From NCBI GenBank assembly GCA_036172245.1, contig JAYWIR010000017.1, positions 2,914,001 to 2,978,000 of the forward strand: 64,000 nt of DNA, read 5' to 3'. The number at the start of each line of letters is the position of its first letter. The first letter of the stretch is position 1. The translations under genes were made by a program, and so were the position numbers. This DNA comes from Raillietiella orientalis. Taxonomy: Eukaryota. Positions 26,001 through 35,094 of the stretch are shown here, piece by piece. The notes beneath the pieces were generated by a model. It searched no databases. It was not told the DNA's origin and saw only the letters and a list, made by a program, of their open reading frames with translations.

Positions 26001-29000
26001 GCGGGTTTCGCAAGGTAGCCCACATCCATGTGGAGCGACGAGCCACAAAACGTCACAGGATAAATCGGCGTCGCCGATGTTGTGGGAGGATCCTAGCTTT
26101 GGGTACAGTGACTCCCTGGAAACGATTCTCAAGGGGAAGGAGGTTTTGTTTCGGCAAGCCATGAGACGTGGTCAGCAGGAGCGAAAATTCAGATGTAGGT
26201 TACATGCGCCGAAGAAAGAAAGAAAGAAGTTCCAGGAACTCTTCCGCACATCCTGATTTTGGCATTCCGTTTGTCATTGCATCTACGGGATTCTTCGATC
26301 ACACCGCTGCCAAAGCGCCCGTTCGGTGACTCCCGCGTAGAGTCGCATACCGACTCGTGATGTGCTCTTGAAGATGGCATACATATTTTCTCAGAACGCG
26401 CACGAGATCAGTGCAATGGAACGCTCGAGGCGGATGCAGCAGCATGCGCGAATCTCATCGAAGCCAAAACGATCGGTTCGCAGCCACCTGAAGAGTTTCT
26501 CTGGAAACGCCTCCTTGTGGCGACTCCAGGCTTTCCGCGTCTGCTTTCGTGAAAGAACCGATCTTCTTAGTTCTCAAGTTCCGGGGAGAAAAGAGATGCG
26601 GAAGTCATCTTCAGGCATTAGAAAGAGAGAGAGGGCTACTGGGTGGGTGGGTAGGTGGAGGAGGACATCGCTCTCCTGGACGCCAAGACCAATAACGCAC
26701 ACGCGCGCCCAAAGAGCTCTGCCTCTTGGAGGCAGTTAAGCGCCCAGGAGGCATCCTGGTCCGAAGGGGCGTAATAAACAGAGCCCTTTGTACCTGCGGC
26801 CAAGGCGGGGATCTTCTGCAGATGGCTTTGGTGGGCCGGGTCCAGGTCGCACGCGTCCCCCCTTGAAAAAGTGGGGAGCAGGAATCCTTCTCTGCATTCC
26901 TTGTTTTCCGTTCCCTTCTCTCGAGTGCTCTTTGTTTCGATCCGCCGCTTGCTCTGGAATCATCCCCGGCACCGCGTGACCAGTACAGACAGACCTAAGC
27001 GGGCGCTCCGTGGCAACGCCGCTTTTGATCGCCTTCTGATCCGGCCGATAGGGAGAGAACCCGACGCCCATTTTCGGGTGCACGTACGTGACTTGCCCGG
27101 TTTCCCGGAGGGGAGCGAATGCGGAAGGAAGTGGCCGCTGCAAGAGGCCTGATGATGGTTGACCTCTAGGGTCAAAGGAACGTTCGCTCGCGGCTTCACT
27201 TGCGCAATGCACCCGACGACTCCCCGCTTCCATTCTCACAGATAAAAAAAAAAAGGCGCAGAAGTCACACGGGCACGCGCGCAAACATTGCGCGGCTGCT
27301 GATCCGCGGCCCGACCTTCATCCGCAGGGTTCCCAGGGGAGCATTTTCGTGCTAGGACGGGGAAACAACAACAACAACAGCTCTGGACGTAGCAGACATT
27401 AGAGCAACGCGGTTACCGTCTGGTCTTCCCTCCTCTGCGAAAGAAAAAAACGCGCCCATGGCGACCACCGCTGACACTTTGGCGGACGATGAGATTTTAA
27501 TGGGCGGAGGCTTCCTGAAGGCAGCGCCCATGGAGAAGGGGCGCTTCGGGGCAGCCGGGATGATCTCGTCAGCGCGCTCGAACGGCAACGGAACAGCCAT
27601 CTGCGCCCGTCCGCCTAGCGATTGTCGAAAGGAAAGGGAAAAGAATTCGTCCCCTTCCCATACGGACGGAGGCCCATCCTGGAGCGGGGGAGATGGATGG
27701 AGCGCTAAGATGCCAGGATCCGCGCAGTAGTAGTCCCTCTGATAGAACCAGAGACCAGATCTCTAGAGGGATGGTCTTTGGGACCATCCCTCTGGGAGGA
27801 GAAAGGGAGTTTGAGATCGCAGTCCCTTCGTGGCGGAAGATCACGGAGAATCGTCAGCGGCGCGCCCCTCGCCCCTTTCTCTCGGAGACATGTTGCAGTG
27901 GACCTCATAAACTTTGAGGGGATGGAAGGCCGCCTCGTGAAGCTGGGGAGGGCTTCGCCAGAGATAAGGGAGGGGCCAGCCCGACCGAAGGGGATGAGCA
28001 GAACTCGAGGCGCCCCCGGCTCGCTACAGCCGTGCCCAGAGGTTCCCAGGAGGAGCAAGCTTCGGTGCGCCTCGGGCCATACCAAAGGACGAAGCCCAGG
28101 AGAGACAGAGGACCTCCTTGGAGGTTGCGGAGATTTCGAGGAACAGGGGGACGTTTCCAGGTCACGACAACAGGAGGAGGAAAAAGAAGGGAAGAGGCCA
28201 GCCACACTCGAGGCACTCTTCCGAACGCGCAGCACTTTTTTCCCAGGAAGGGGAACAGGGCAGGATTCAAACGGGAGGTTTGGCTGGCGGCGCGCGATCC
28301 GGAGAATGCGCACGGGGAGCCTCGAGAGTTCGCGGCGGTTCTGGACATGCGCGTCCCGTGTTGCGGGAGAGAAGGGATCACCTTTTCTTCCTGTCAGCCC
28401 TTTAGGACGACGGCCCCGCCTGCAGCAGTCATCATCAGCATTCGTGTTGCTGCTGTTTTGCGCACCGCCACGCGGAGGCAGAGGAAGGAGGAAGAGGGGG
28501 GGGGGAGGAACGGAACGAACTCCGGGCTCCCTTTCGGAATGGCTGAACCTCCTGAGGAAGGACGAAGCAGCAACTCTTCGTCACTGCTCCTCGCCACCTC
28601 CTCGGGGTGCGAGCTCCAGACTTCTCGCATCCCTGCTGCGACCTGAGGAGGGAGGCTGGATGACTTCGGGAGAGGAAGGTAGGCGATCGATGATGATCAC
28701 TTCTTTCTTTCTGTTTCCCTCTTCCGGTGCACGGCGCCCGTCGCCTTCGCGCGAAGCGCCCCGAGAAAGGCGCGGGTGATGCCCGTCGCCTTGCCTCAGC
28801 AGAGCCCCGGGAGCGCAGCCGCCGCCGCCGACCGGCCGGGAAGAAAAAAGGAGACGACGGCACGCGATGCGGGTGACCTACCGCCGGCCAAGCCCAAGAA
28901 TAGTAGTGGTGGAGAGGTGGAGGAGCGCAGCGCCAAGTGGGTCTCGCCTCGCAGCACCTTCGTTTCCCATCCCGTGCCCTCTGCGTCCTCCTCACGCACG

Positions 29001-29482
29001 AGAACGCCTCCCCCCTCCCGGCTTGCGGTCTCTGAGTGCACGGGTGCGGGTCGGCGCTACCACCGGGAGAGGTCGGGTGGCTCCGCTCGGGTATGTCCTG
29101 GAGTCCGGATGCCACTTGGCCGTCCGTATCTGTGCGGATCGTCCTCTCGTCCAGCGCGGCCTTTTCTGCTTTTTCGCACGCCGCGTTCCCCGGGTCGGGA
29201 AGCCGGAACGCAGGGGTGCAGCGCCACTTGGGTTCGAAAGTTCAAGAGGGGAAAGCAAAAAGCGCCCACAGCCTTCGTCGCCGCCTCAGGGCGCGCGTGC
29301 CATGCTCCTCCTCCTCCCTTCGTCGGCCGGGAATAAGGAAAAGAAACTCTACCCAAGAAAAGAAAGGCAGCAGCTTAAGAAGAAAAAAAAAAAAACTCAC
29401 CAAAAATCCTTCCCGCCCTCGCTGCTGCGAGCTCCAGGGACAACACGCACGTGACCACGAGGACACCCGCCGCCGCGTGCAT
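4919..29482 (-). CDS. Ptp99A: Receptor-type protein tyrosine phosphatase, Ptp99A-like (signal-Ig-4xFN3-TM-PTP D1-PTP D2); spliced, 3' end incomplete in this window
   Basis: join(29401-29482, 27417-27434, 23057-23395, 17083-17203, 15742-15923, 13269-13456, 13065-13179, 12474-12665, 11896-12170, 11265-11536, 7654-7937, 7368-7582, 6100-6225, 5861-6027, 5505-5802, 5271-5442, 4919-5046). All junctions are phase-compatible and the total is 3174 nt. PTP motifs: [52 protein letters not shown]. The juxtamembrane [18 protein letters not shown] and D2 [14 protein letters not shown] are characteristic of the Ptp99A/PTPRG group (recalled, not searched). Confidence 0.92.
5271..5442 (-). CDS. Ptp99A: PTP exon: start of D2 ([15 protein letters not shown]...[10 protein letters not shown])
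   Basis: tcgcag|CTG ... CTA G|gtgagc. Confidence 0.94.
5505..5802 (-). CDS. Ptp99A: PTP exon: D1 P-loop and Q-loop (AGVGRTG...[17 protein letters not shown]) and D1-D2 linker
   Basis: tcccag|T GCC ... AAG|gtcggt. Confidence 0.96.
5861..6027 (-). CDS. Ptp99A: PTP exon: D1 WPD loop to active-site Cys ([10 protein letters not shown]...GPIVVHCS)
   Basis: gcccag|ATC ... TGC AG|gtagcg. Confidence 0.96.
6100..6225 (-). CDS. Ptp99A: PTP exon: D1 ([11 protein letters not shown]...)
   Basis: tttctag|AAG ... AAG|gtgagc. Confidence 0.95.
7368..7582 (-). CDS. Ptp99A: PTP exon: D1 (DHSRV...YINANHVDG...YIATQGP...FWRMVW...[10 protein letters not shown])
   Basis: ctctag|AC ... AGG|gtacgt. Confidence 0.95.
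7654..7937 (-). CDS. Ptp99A: PTP exon: juxtamembrane region and start of D1 ([10 protein letters not shown]...[18 protein letters not shown]...[12 protein letters not shown])
   Basis: ttccag|G AAA ... GCC T|gtgagt. Confidence 0.93.
11265..11536 (-). CDS. Ptp99A: PTP exon: end of FN3 repeat 4 and transmembrane helix ([24 protein letters not shown])
   Basis: cttcag|TTT ... TGG AG|gtacgg; hydrophobic run of about 24 residues followed by R-K. Confidence 0.93.
11896..12170 (-). CDS. Ptp99A: PTP exon: FN3 repeat 3 C-part and repeat 4 N-part ([22 protein letters not shown]...PPNITNLTC)
   Basis: ctccag|TC ... TCG|gtgagg. Confidence 0.92.
12474..12665 (-). CDS. Ptp99A: PTP exon: FN3 repeat 3, N-part; ends at a GC donor
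   Basis: cccag|TG CCC AGC AAG ... GGG CTA G|gcaagt; encodes [10 protein letters not shown]...[11 protein letters not shown]...LSGL. Confidence 0.88.
13065..13179 (-). CDS. Ptp99A: PTP exon: FN3 repeat 2, C-half ([27 protein letters not shown]...MTDEG)
   Basis: ttccag|AGC ... GGA G|gtaagg. Confidence 0.92.
13269..13456 (-). CDS. Ptp99A: PTP exon: FN3 repeat 2, N-half ([23 protein letters not shown]...[12 protein letters not shown])
   Basis: ctgcag|CC ... ATG|gtaagc. Confidence 0.92.
15742..15923 (-). CDS. Ptp99A: PTP exon: FN3 repeat 1, C-half ([21 protein letters not shown])
   Basis: tttcag|A ... GAA G|gtgagt; FN3 'L.P.T.Y...V.A.N..G' motif. Confidence 0.92.
17083..17203 (-). CDS. Ptp99A: PTP exon: FN3 repeat 1, N-half ([26 protein letters not shown]...)
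   Basis: tttttag|AT ... CGC AA|gtgagt; FN3 'PGPPG...LSW' motif. Not in the ORF track. Confidence 0.9.
18245..18335 (+). mobile_element. Possible tRNA-derived SINE head
   Basis: Perfect B-box/T-arm GGGTTCGAATCCC at 18311-18323; only a weak A-box-like GTGGCCAGCTG upstream; no cloverleaf. Confidence 0.3.
23057..23395 (-). CDS. Ptp99A: PTP exon: Ig-like domain
   Basis: aacag|AC ATG ... CGA G|gtacgc, 339 nt; LSLTCP...LEW...[11 protein letters not shown]g signature. Confidence 0.9.
24171..24195 (+). repeat. (GA)12 microsatellite in a PTP intron
   Basis: gagaga... run; potential GAGA-type site. Confidence 0.85.
27417..27434 (-). CDS. Ptp99A: Candidate 18-nt microexon of the PTP gene (adds EEGRPD)
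   Basis: ttttttctttcgcag|AGGAGGGAAGACCAGACG|gtaacc; phase 1/phase 1, frame-preserving, no stop. Confidence 0.5.
29401..29482 (-). CDS. Ptp99A: PTP exon 1: signal peptide [27 protein letters not shown]
   Basis: ATG at 29482, with an in-frame upstream ATG at 29596. Hydrophobic core followed by A-R-A. Strong phase-1 donor TTTG|gtgagt that matches the phase of the Ig exon. Confidence 0.75.
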
Positions 29483-29599
29483 GCTGCGACCGTACGCACT
29501 GGGCCGAGGCCTTCCTTCCTGCCTGAGCAACGGGCGCACGCACGCACAGCACTGCCCATCCAGCCGAGGAGCGGGCGACCGGTCGCGCGCACTCATCGC

Positions 29600-30020
29600 A
29601 CTGCAGCAGGCCGCCGTGTTCACGCGAAGACTGAAAGGAGCGGCCGCGGTCGCCTCGCCCGCTCGCGCGGCGGGACGAGCGGGCGGGGCGAAGGCGGCGC
29701 TGCTGCTGCTGCCACCGCTGCCGCCGCGTTTTCGGGATCGGGAAGCCGACGACGACTACAGGAGAAGCGGGCTTCCTGCTCCTCCTCCCCCTCGTTCCCC
29801 TTTACCCCTTCCTTCTCGCGCTTGCGCGCGCGCAGCGACCAGCAACCTATCCCACCTGCGCCGCGCGTACTGTTCCGGCGGAACCAGGGGCCGCCGCCAG
29901 GTTCCTTCCGGAGCTCCGATCCTGTCCTGCGGTCGACGGCGCGCTCGAGCCATGGGTCTCTCTGGGCAGCGCCGCCTCGCCTAGGCGCCTCCGCCGCCGT
30001 CGCCGACGCGGCGGCGAAGG
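29600..30020 (-). promoter_or_regulatory. Candidate core promoter of the PTP gene: arthropod Initiator TCAGTC at 29634-29629 in a very GC/CpG-rich tract
   Basis: gactga on + at 29629-29634 reads TCAGTC on the minus strand, about 150 nt upstream of the signal-peptide ATG. No TATA box or clear DPE seen. Confidence 0.45.
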
Positions 30021-32075
30021 CAAACGGGCTAAGATTAATGGAGGCAATCGAGGAGTCATTCGACGGGGGGAATCAAATCGATTTGCTGCTTGTCGGTTCC
30101 CCGGGGTCATCCGTTGCGAGGCGGCCCACCTGATCGGCCGCAATCCCCGGCTCTCACTTTGCTCCTGCCTTCTTGCGTTCTCGCCATTCCTCTTCTTCCC
30201 CCCTTCCTCCCGTAGAACGGCGTTCCTTCGTGCTGCTCCCATGGGCCGAGTGAGTTTCCTCCCCCTTTGGCGATTCCCGAAGCGGCTCTCTCTCCCCTCC
30301 TCGTGCGGGCGTATTCCAGGGCAGAGGCAGTCGGTCCCTCGGCAGCAGCCGACTTTCCGGATTTACCTGCCGTTCGAGGGACCGATGATTCCTGGTTTCA
30401 TGGAGCTTTCCGACCAGGACGCTCAAGGAAACCAGGCTGCGGCCGAGTTCGCTCGCGCCTCTTATCCGAAACGTCTTGGTCTGAACCCTGGACCTACGAC
30501 GTCAACACCACCGTCTCTCCACCGAAGAGATGCGCACCCCTGTCGTCCGAGCGCAGTCTCGACCTCGGCTACTGTCTCCGTAAGAGCGAGATACACGCGA
30601 CCTCTTCTTCCCCCTCCCCCCAGATCTGGACGCTGAGGGATTGGCCGCTAGCTCTGGCCGTCCGCGCTTGACACGCGGCGCGCTACGCGGGCGACGCGGT
30701 CGCGACCGTCCGGAGGCCGCGCGGACGCAGCGTGGCTAAAAACCTGGACCGCTTTCTCGCCCGGCTCGAATTCCCCGAGTCTGAGTCATGGATGCGACCC
30801 TCCTCTCCACCAAAGGTCTGTGACAAATCGAGAGGATGCGCTGAAGGTGTCGGGAGCGACGGCTTTCCTTTGGCGGGCGCGTTGTTTGTCTTCTCCCAAC
30901 GCAAATGGGCGTCCCCGGCGGAACTCATGCGTCCTATTTTTAGACGCCGGAAACGCGAACCGGAATCCAGTGCACCTCTTCAAAGAGGGGGGAGGGGGAA
31001 GAGAAAAGGAAAAGCAGTTGACTTTGTTCGCCGCTTGTTGGCGAAAGGTCTTCCTCTGTCTCTTCTGCGTCTCTTTGTTCTAAGAGTCCTGGAGGCAGCT
31101 CTGGACCTCCGCCGTGGCTCGCACGCCAGAAAGCTCCCGAGCCGCGCGCTGAGCGAACCACGGGTAGAGCCCTGATGGTGGCTTCCCTCCCAGTCAGCTT
31201 CTCGCGACAATTTCCGGAAGGTTCCGAGGGTTTCGAGAAGGCGAGTAGTCGTTCTTCTCCGCCAGCTTCCCCTCTTCTTGAGCAACAACAGCAGCAGACC
31301 TCGGGTATCCCTGCCGCTAGTGCTGGGGCAAGGCCTCAGCGTGATCGGCAAGTCTTAAAGAGGTCTTCTTTCCCCCCCCTCAGCCTCCAAACTTCGGGAC
31401 GGCAAGGTTGAGAGGGGGAAACACACAATTTCCAGATCCAGGTGAGGCACTCGTGCCCGTCCCAACTTTGCATTTTTTTCCTTTTTTTCCTTTTTTTCTT
31501 TCTTGCGCCTGCTCGGGGACAGTTCTGTCTCCTTCCGCCACCTCGTCTCTCGCTCCCATGTTTGCGCCCGTTCCTGAGCCGACTTTACTAATTACAACTT
31601 CGAAAATGACTTCTCTTCGCCTGCGTAGATAGGAATGGAACCAAAACAAGCTCATTCACGCGAAAGAGGAAGGGAGCGTGGCCGAGGAAGGAAGGGAAAA
31701 GGATCTGAGGGCCAACAAACAAAATGGCTTCTCGCAAAAACCTTCAGCCGCGCTGCAGCAGCTTAGAGTTTCCCCGCGAAGGAGACCTTTCGGCAGAAGG
31801 AGGGACTCTAGGTCTACCAGCTGTCCCACGAGCAGGGAAGGCAGGGAGGGAGGGAAGGGAGCGGAAGGATTACGGGATCCCCGGCGAAGGCAGCAGGGCG
31901 AAATTTTGCGGCACTCTCTCGTGTCTACTCTCTTCCGCGGTCCGGGAGGTGTCGAAGAAGACGGAGCGTGGCTTTGTCCTGACGTCACGAGTTTCGCGCG
32001 TTCAGGTTTCCTGCGGCGCCAGCTACAAGTTCCATCGCCATCTACCTAGACGTTCTTTCGCAACCCTGTTTGATA

Positions 32076-33536
32076 TTTATTGCGGAGGAACAGACAGAAA
32101 GGAGAAGATGACGTGGCTGCGGCAATGAAAACGGTGCACAGATCGTCTTCTGTCAGGGCACTGAATGTTTGCTATAAAAGAGCGAAATGGTATCGTTAAG
32201 ACGTGACGCGGAACATACTGCCTACTTTCTCTCTCTTTTCTTTTCTTTTTTCTCCTGTCCCCCCCTCCTCCCTCCCTAAGTGATACCATGGGAACCGTAG
32301 CGAGCACTGGAAATTCTCTCAGATCTGTTGCAACAACTCCGCGCTGCACCTCCAGTTTGTTCCATAGCGCTTACCCACCATCCGAACGGACGATGAAGCG
32401 GAAACCGTTCAATCCCGCTGTGCTTCGTTTTCGGTCGCCTCGGAAACCGTTCTCCGGTCCCTCTTTGACCCTCCCTGCACTGCGCCTTCTCGAGGAAGCG
32501 CTTGCTCTTGCAAGCGAGCTGGAGGAAGAGACCCCCAACAATGCCCTCAGTCGGAGGCCAATCTCGTAAAGGATGATGTGCGAGGAGGGGATTTGTTCGG
32601 TCTTGGAAACTGCTGACCCTTTTTTCGGACATCGCCGCCGCCTTTGTTCTTGTCAAGGGAGCAGGGAAAAGTTTTCGAAAGGCGTTCCACGGGACCAAAG
32701 CGAGGACAGACGTAGGACTTCGGGATCCCACGGGGAAAACCTGAGTTTCCTGCCCTCAAGGAGTTTCCCGCTCTCGAGGAAGGGATCCACAGCGGCGCTT
32801 CCGGTTTTGACACGCTGGCAGAACTTTCTATTGCGGCTCACTGGAACCGAATGACCACGGCTTCCACTCGGAAGGTTTCTGGTGCGTCTCAGGGGATTCA
32901 AAGCTCCAAGAACATCTCGAATCGCATCTGACCTCGATAACTCTCACGAGTGAGCGGTTGACGCGCTTCGTCTGAAGTCTCTCCCAGAACCACGTGTTGT
33001 CCAATGAAGTGTGCATGATCCCAGGTGATGACGGACGGGAGCAAGAGAGTTTTTCAGCGTCGCCTGTGCTGCTGCTGGTCCGGAAACTCCTAGGGTAGTA
33101 GGAGGAGGAGGAAGGGAGAAGAAAGAGAGGACTGGTGGGTGAAGTCCTGCCAATGTGCCGTCTGAAGAAGCCGCCCGATGACCTCCCCGAACCCACGCGA
33201 GCGGCGGGCAAGCGCAGAACCTCTGGGAGAGCTCATTTGAACTTCCCGCTGTTCCGCTCTTTCTCGTTGCCACCCCAGGAGCCCTTCAGTCGGCAGCTCG
33301 GAATCCCCTTGTGGTGTACTGATCGACCTCTCCATGATTGCGAGTCGGCGTCATCATCTCACCACCGAGGGAGGAGGAGCAGACGCGACCCGTTCGCCTC
33401 TCCTCCGCGTTCTCACTTTATTGAGGAGGAGCAGACAGAAAGGAGAAGATGACGTGGCTGCGGCAATGAAAACGGAGCACAGATCGTCTTCTGTCAAGGC
33501 ACTGAATGTTTGCTATAAAAGAGCGAAATGGTATCG
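32076..33536 (+). repeat. 120-bp direct repeat pair (32076-32195 and 33417-33536), 4 mismatches
   Basis: Aligned by eye without gaps; offset 1341 bp; contains TGACGTGG, GCAAT and TATAAAAG. Confidence 0.92.
32480..33210. mobile_element. Mosaic of LINE RT fragments (plus-strand RT remnant followed by oppositely oriented pieces)
   Basis: SRRPIS, FRKAFH, LSFLPSR and KLQEHL on +. 32855-32937 is an inverted copy of 34540-34620, while 32939-33120 is a direct copy of 34726-34910. Confidence 0.4.
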
Positions 33537-33849
33537 GAAAAAATTCTGGTGCTGCTATCCGGAAACCTCTCGTCTTCGCAAAGTTCCTATGCACAAAGAA
33601 TGGAAGGGGACAGGGGATCTTGGATTCCGCTCCCGGTCCTGTATCGAGGAAAAAGGACGACAAGGAGGACAATCCAAATCGATCTTCCTCCGCATCCGAG
33701 AATGCCGTTTCCTAGAGACCGTCAGGAGGAAGCCGAGGGATCTCGAGAAATGATTTTCCTGCCCCCTTCTTCTAAAAACCAGCGGGCCCTGGGCGGAGTC
33801 AGGGATACTCTTTCCGGATCTCTTTGGTGTAGCAGCTGATCTCGCAGTG

Positions 33850-34890
33850 AATCCTTGCTCGAATTCCCGGTGGGAGCTGTGAGGACGGCCACCCCGGACG
33901 TTCACCGCTCTGTCCTTCTGGACATCATATGGAAGCTCTTTCACGCGTCGGTTGAGCTTCCACGCACAGAAGCTGCAGTCGGGGTTTTCTCTGAGAGACT
34001 TGGCATCAGAGCACCTGGGGGGGAAGTGGAACGTCGCGCGGCGATGGCGCGTTGGAGCACTTGGAATCTGCACGCTGGCGTGGGCCAACAGAATCCACAG
34101 ATACGCCTGCCCAAAGGGCCAGGTACTTCTTGCTGTTGCACTCCAGGTGCCTCTCACAGCGTTCGCCTCAGACAAGTTTGTCTTCACTGCGCAGGTGAGC
34201 ATCTTTCCACTTCGCCCGCTTGATGTTTCCAGGGCCTCTGGTGCCCGTCGCAGCCAAACAACACACGGGCTGCTGTTCCTCAGCAGCGAATACCTGCAGC
34301 TCGCTTTCGCGAGGAGCATCCAGTCCAAAGAGGATGACAGTGCCAGCACCAGCAGTCCCAGCTGAGCGTGGTCAGCAGACTGTTCATTCCGTGATGCTAG
34401 TTGGGAATTCTTCTGAGCACCTTGGCGCCACGGCACCAACGGCGCCACAGGAGGTTTGTCATGCTCCCTTGCGGATGCTGTGCATGGAAGCGCGCTCGAT
34501 CCCTTTCACTTTCGAGGAGAGAGCGTGTTGGACGATTCCTCGACGTCAGATGCGATCCGAGATGTTCTTGGAGCTTTGGATTCCCGGTGATGCACCCGAG
34601 ACTTTCAGAGTCGAAATCGCAACCATTCTGTTTTCGGGAGTGCCTGTGGAAAGTCCTGCCAACGTGCCGAAACCGGAACGCCGACGATCTCGAGCGTGTG
34701 TGGTGACCTCTCCGACCTTAAACCGCAACTCTCGCGAGTGGACGGGTGACGTGCTTCGTTTGAGTCGCGCCCAGGACCGTGTGTTGCCAGTCCGCTGAAG
34801 TATACTGATCCCAAATGATGATGGATGAGAGAGGGAAGGGATTTTCGGCGTCGTCTGTGCTGCACCGGTCCGGAAACTCCTAGGGTAGGA
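33850..34890 (-). mobile_element. Degenerate LINE RT (C-terminal half)
   Basis: SRELRFKVG, KLQEHL, LGLLVLALSSSLDW..KASCRYSLLR (LG...DS.L.W..KA...LLR), VR-HLEC..TWP (VRP.LEY..W.P), FQVLQR. Shares blocks with 32830-33210. Confidence 0.45.
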
Positions 34891-35094
34891 GGAGGAGGAG
34901 GAAGGGCAAAGGAGAAGGAGAGGGAAAAGAGGAAGGAAAGAAGGGAGGAAGAGAAGGAGGAGGAAGGGAAGAGGAGGAGGAAGGGAAGAGGAGGAGGAAG
35001 GGAAGAGGAGGAGGAAGGGAAGAGGAGGAGGAAGGAAAGAGGAGGAGGAAGGGAAGAAGAGGAGGAAGGGAAGAGGAAGAGGAAGGGAGGAGGA
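34888..35094 (+). repeat. Homopurine tract of about 200 bp with about 8 tandem copies of 17-bp GAGGAGGAGGAAGGGAA (34954-35089)
   Basis: Read directly; only one pyrimidine in the tract; followed by (GGT)n. Confidence 0.92.

Noticed and set aside
27352..27600. 82-aa minus ORF as a first coding exon
   Set aside because: Its hydrophobic FFSF segment is simply the polypyrimidine tract of the candidate microexon acceptor.
28880..28970. [28 protein letters not shown] followed by a gtaggt donor, as an alternative signal exon
   Set aside because: The donor is phase 2 in the ATG frame, incompatible with the phase-1 Ig exon. Exon 29401-29482 fits better.
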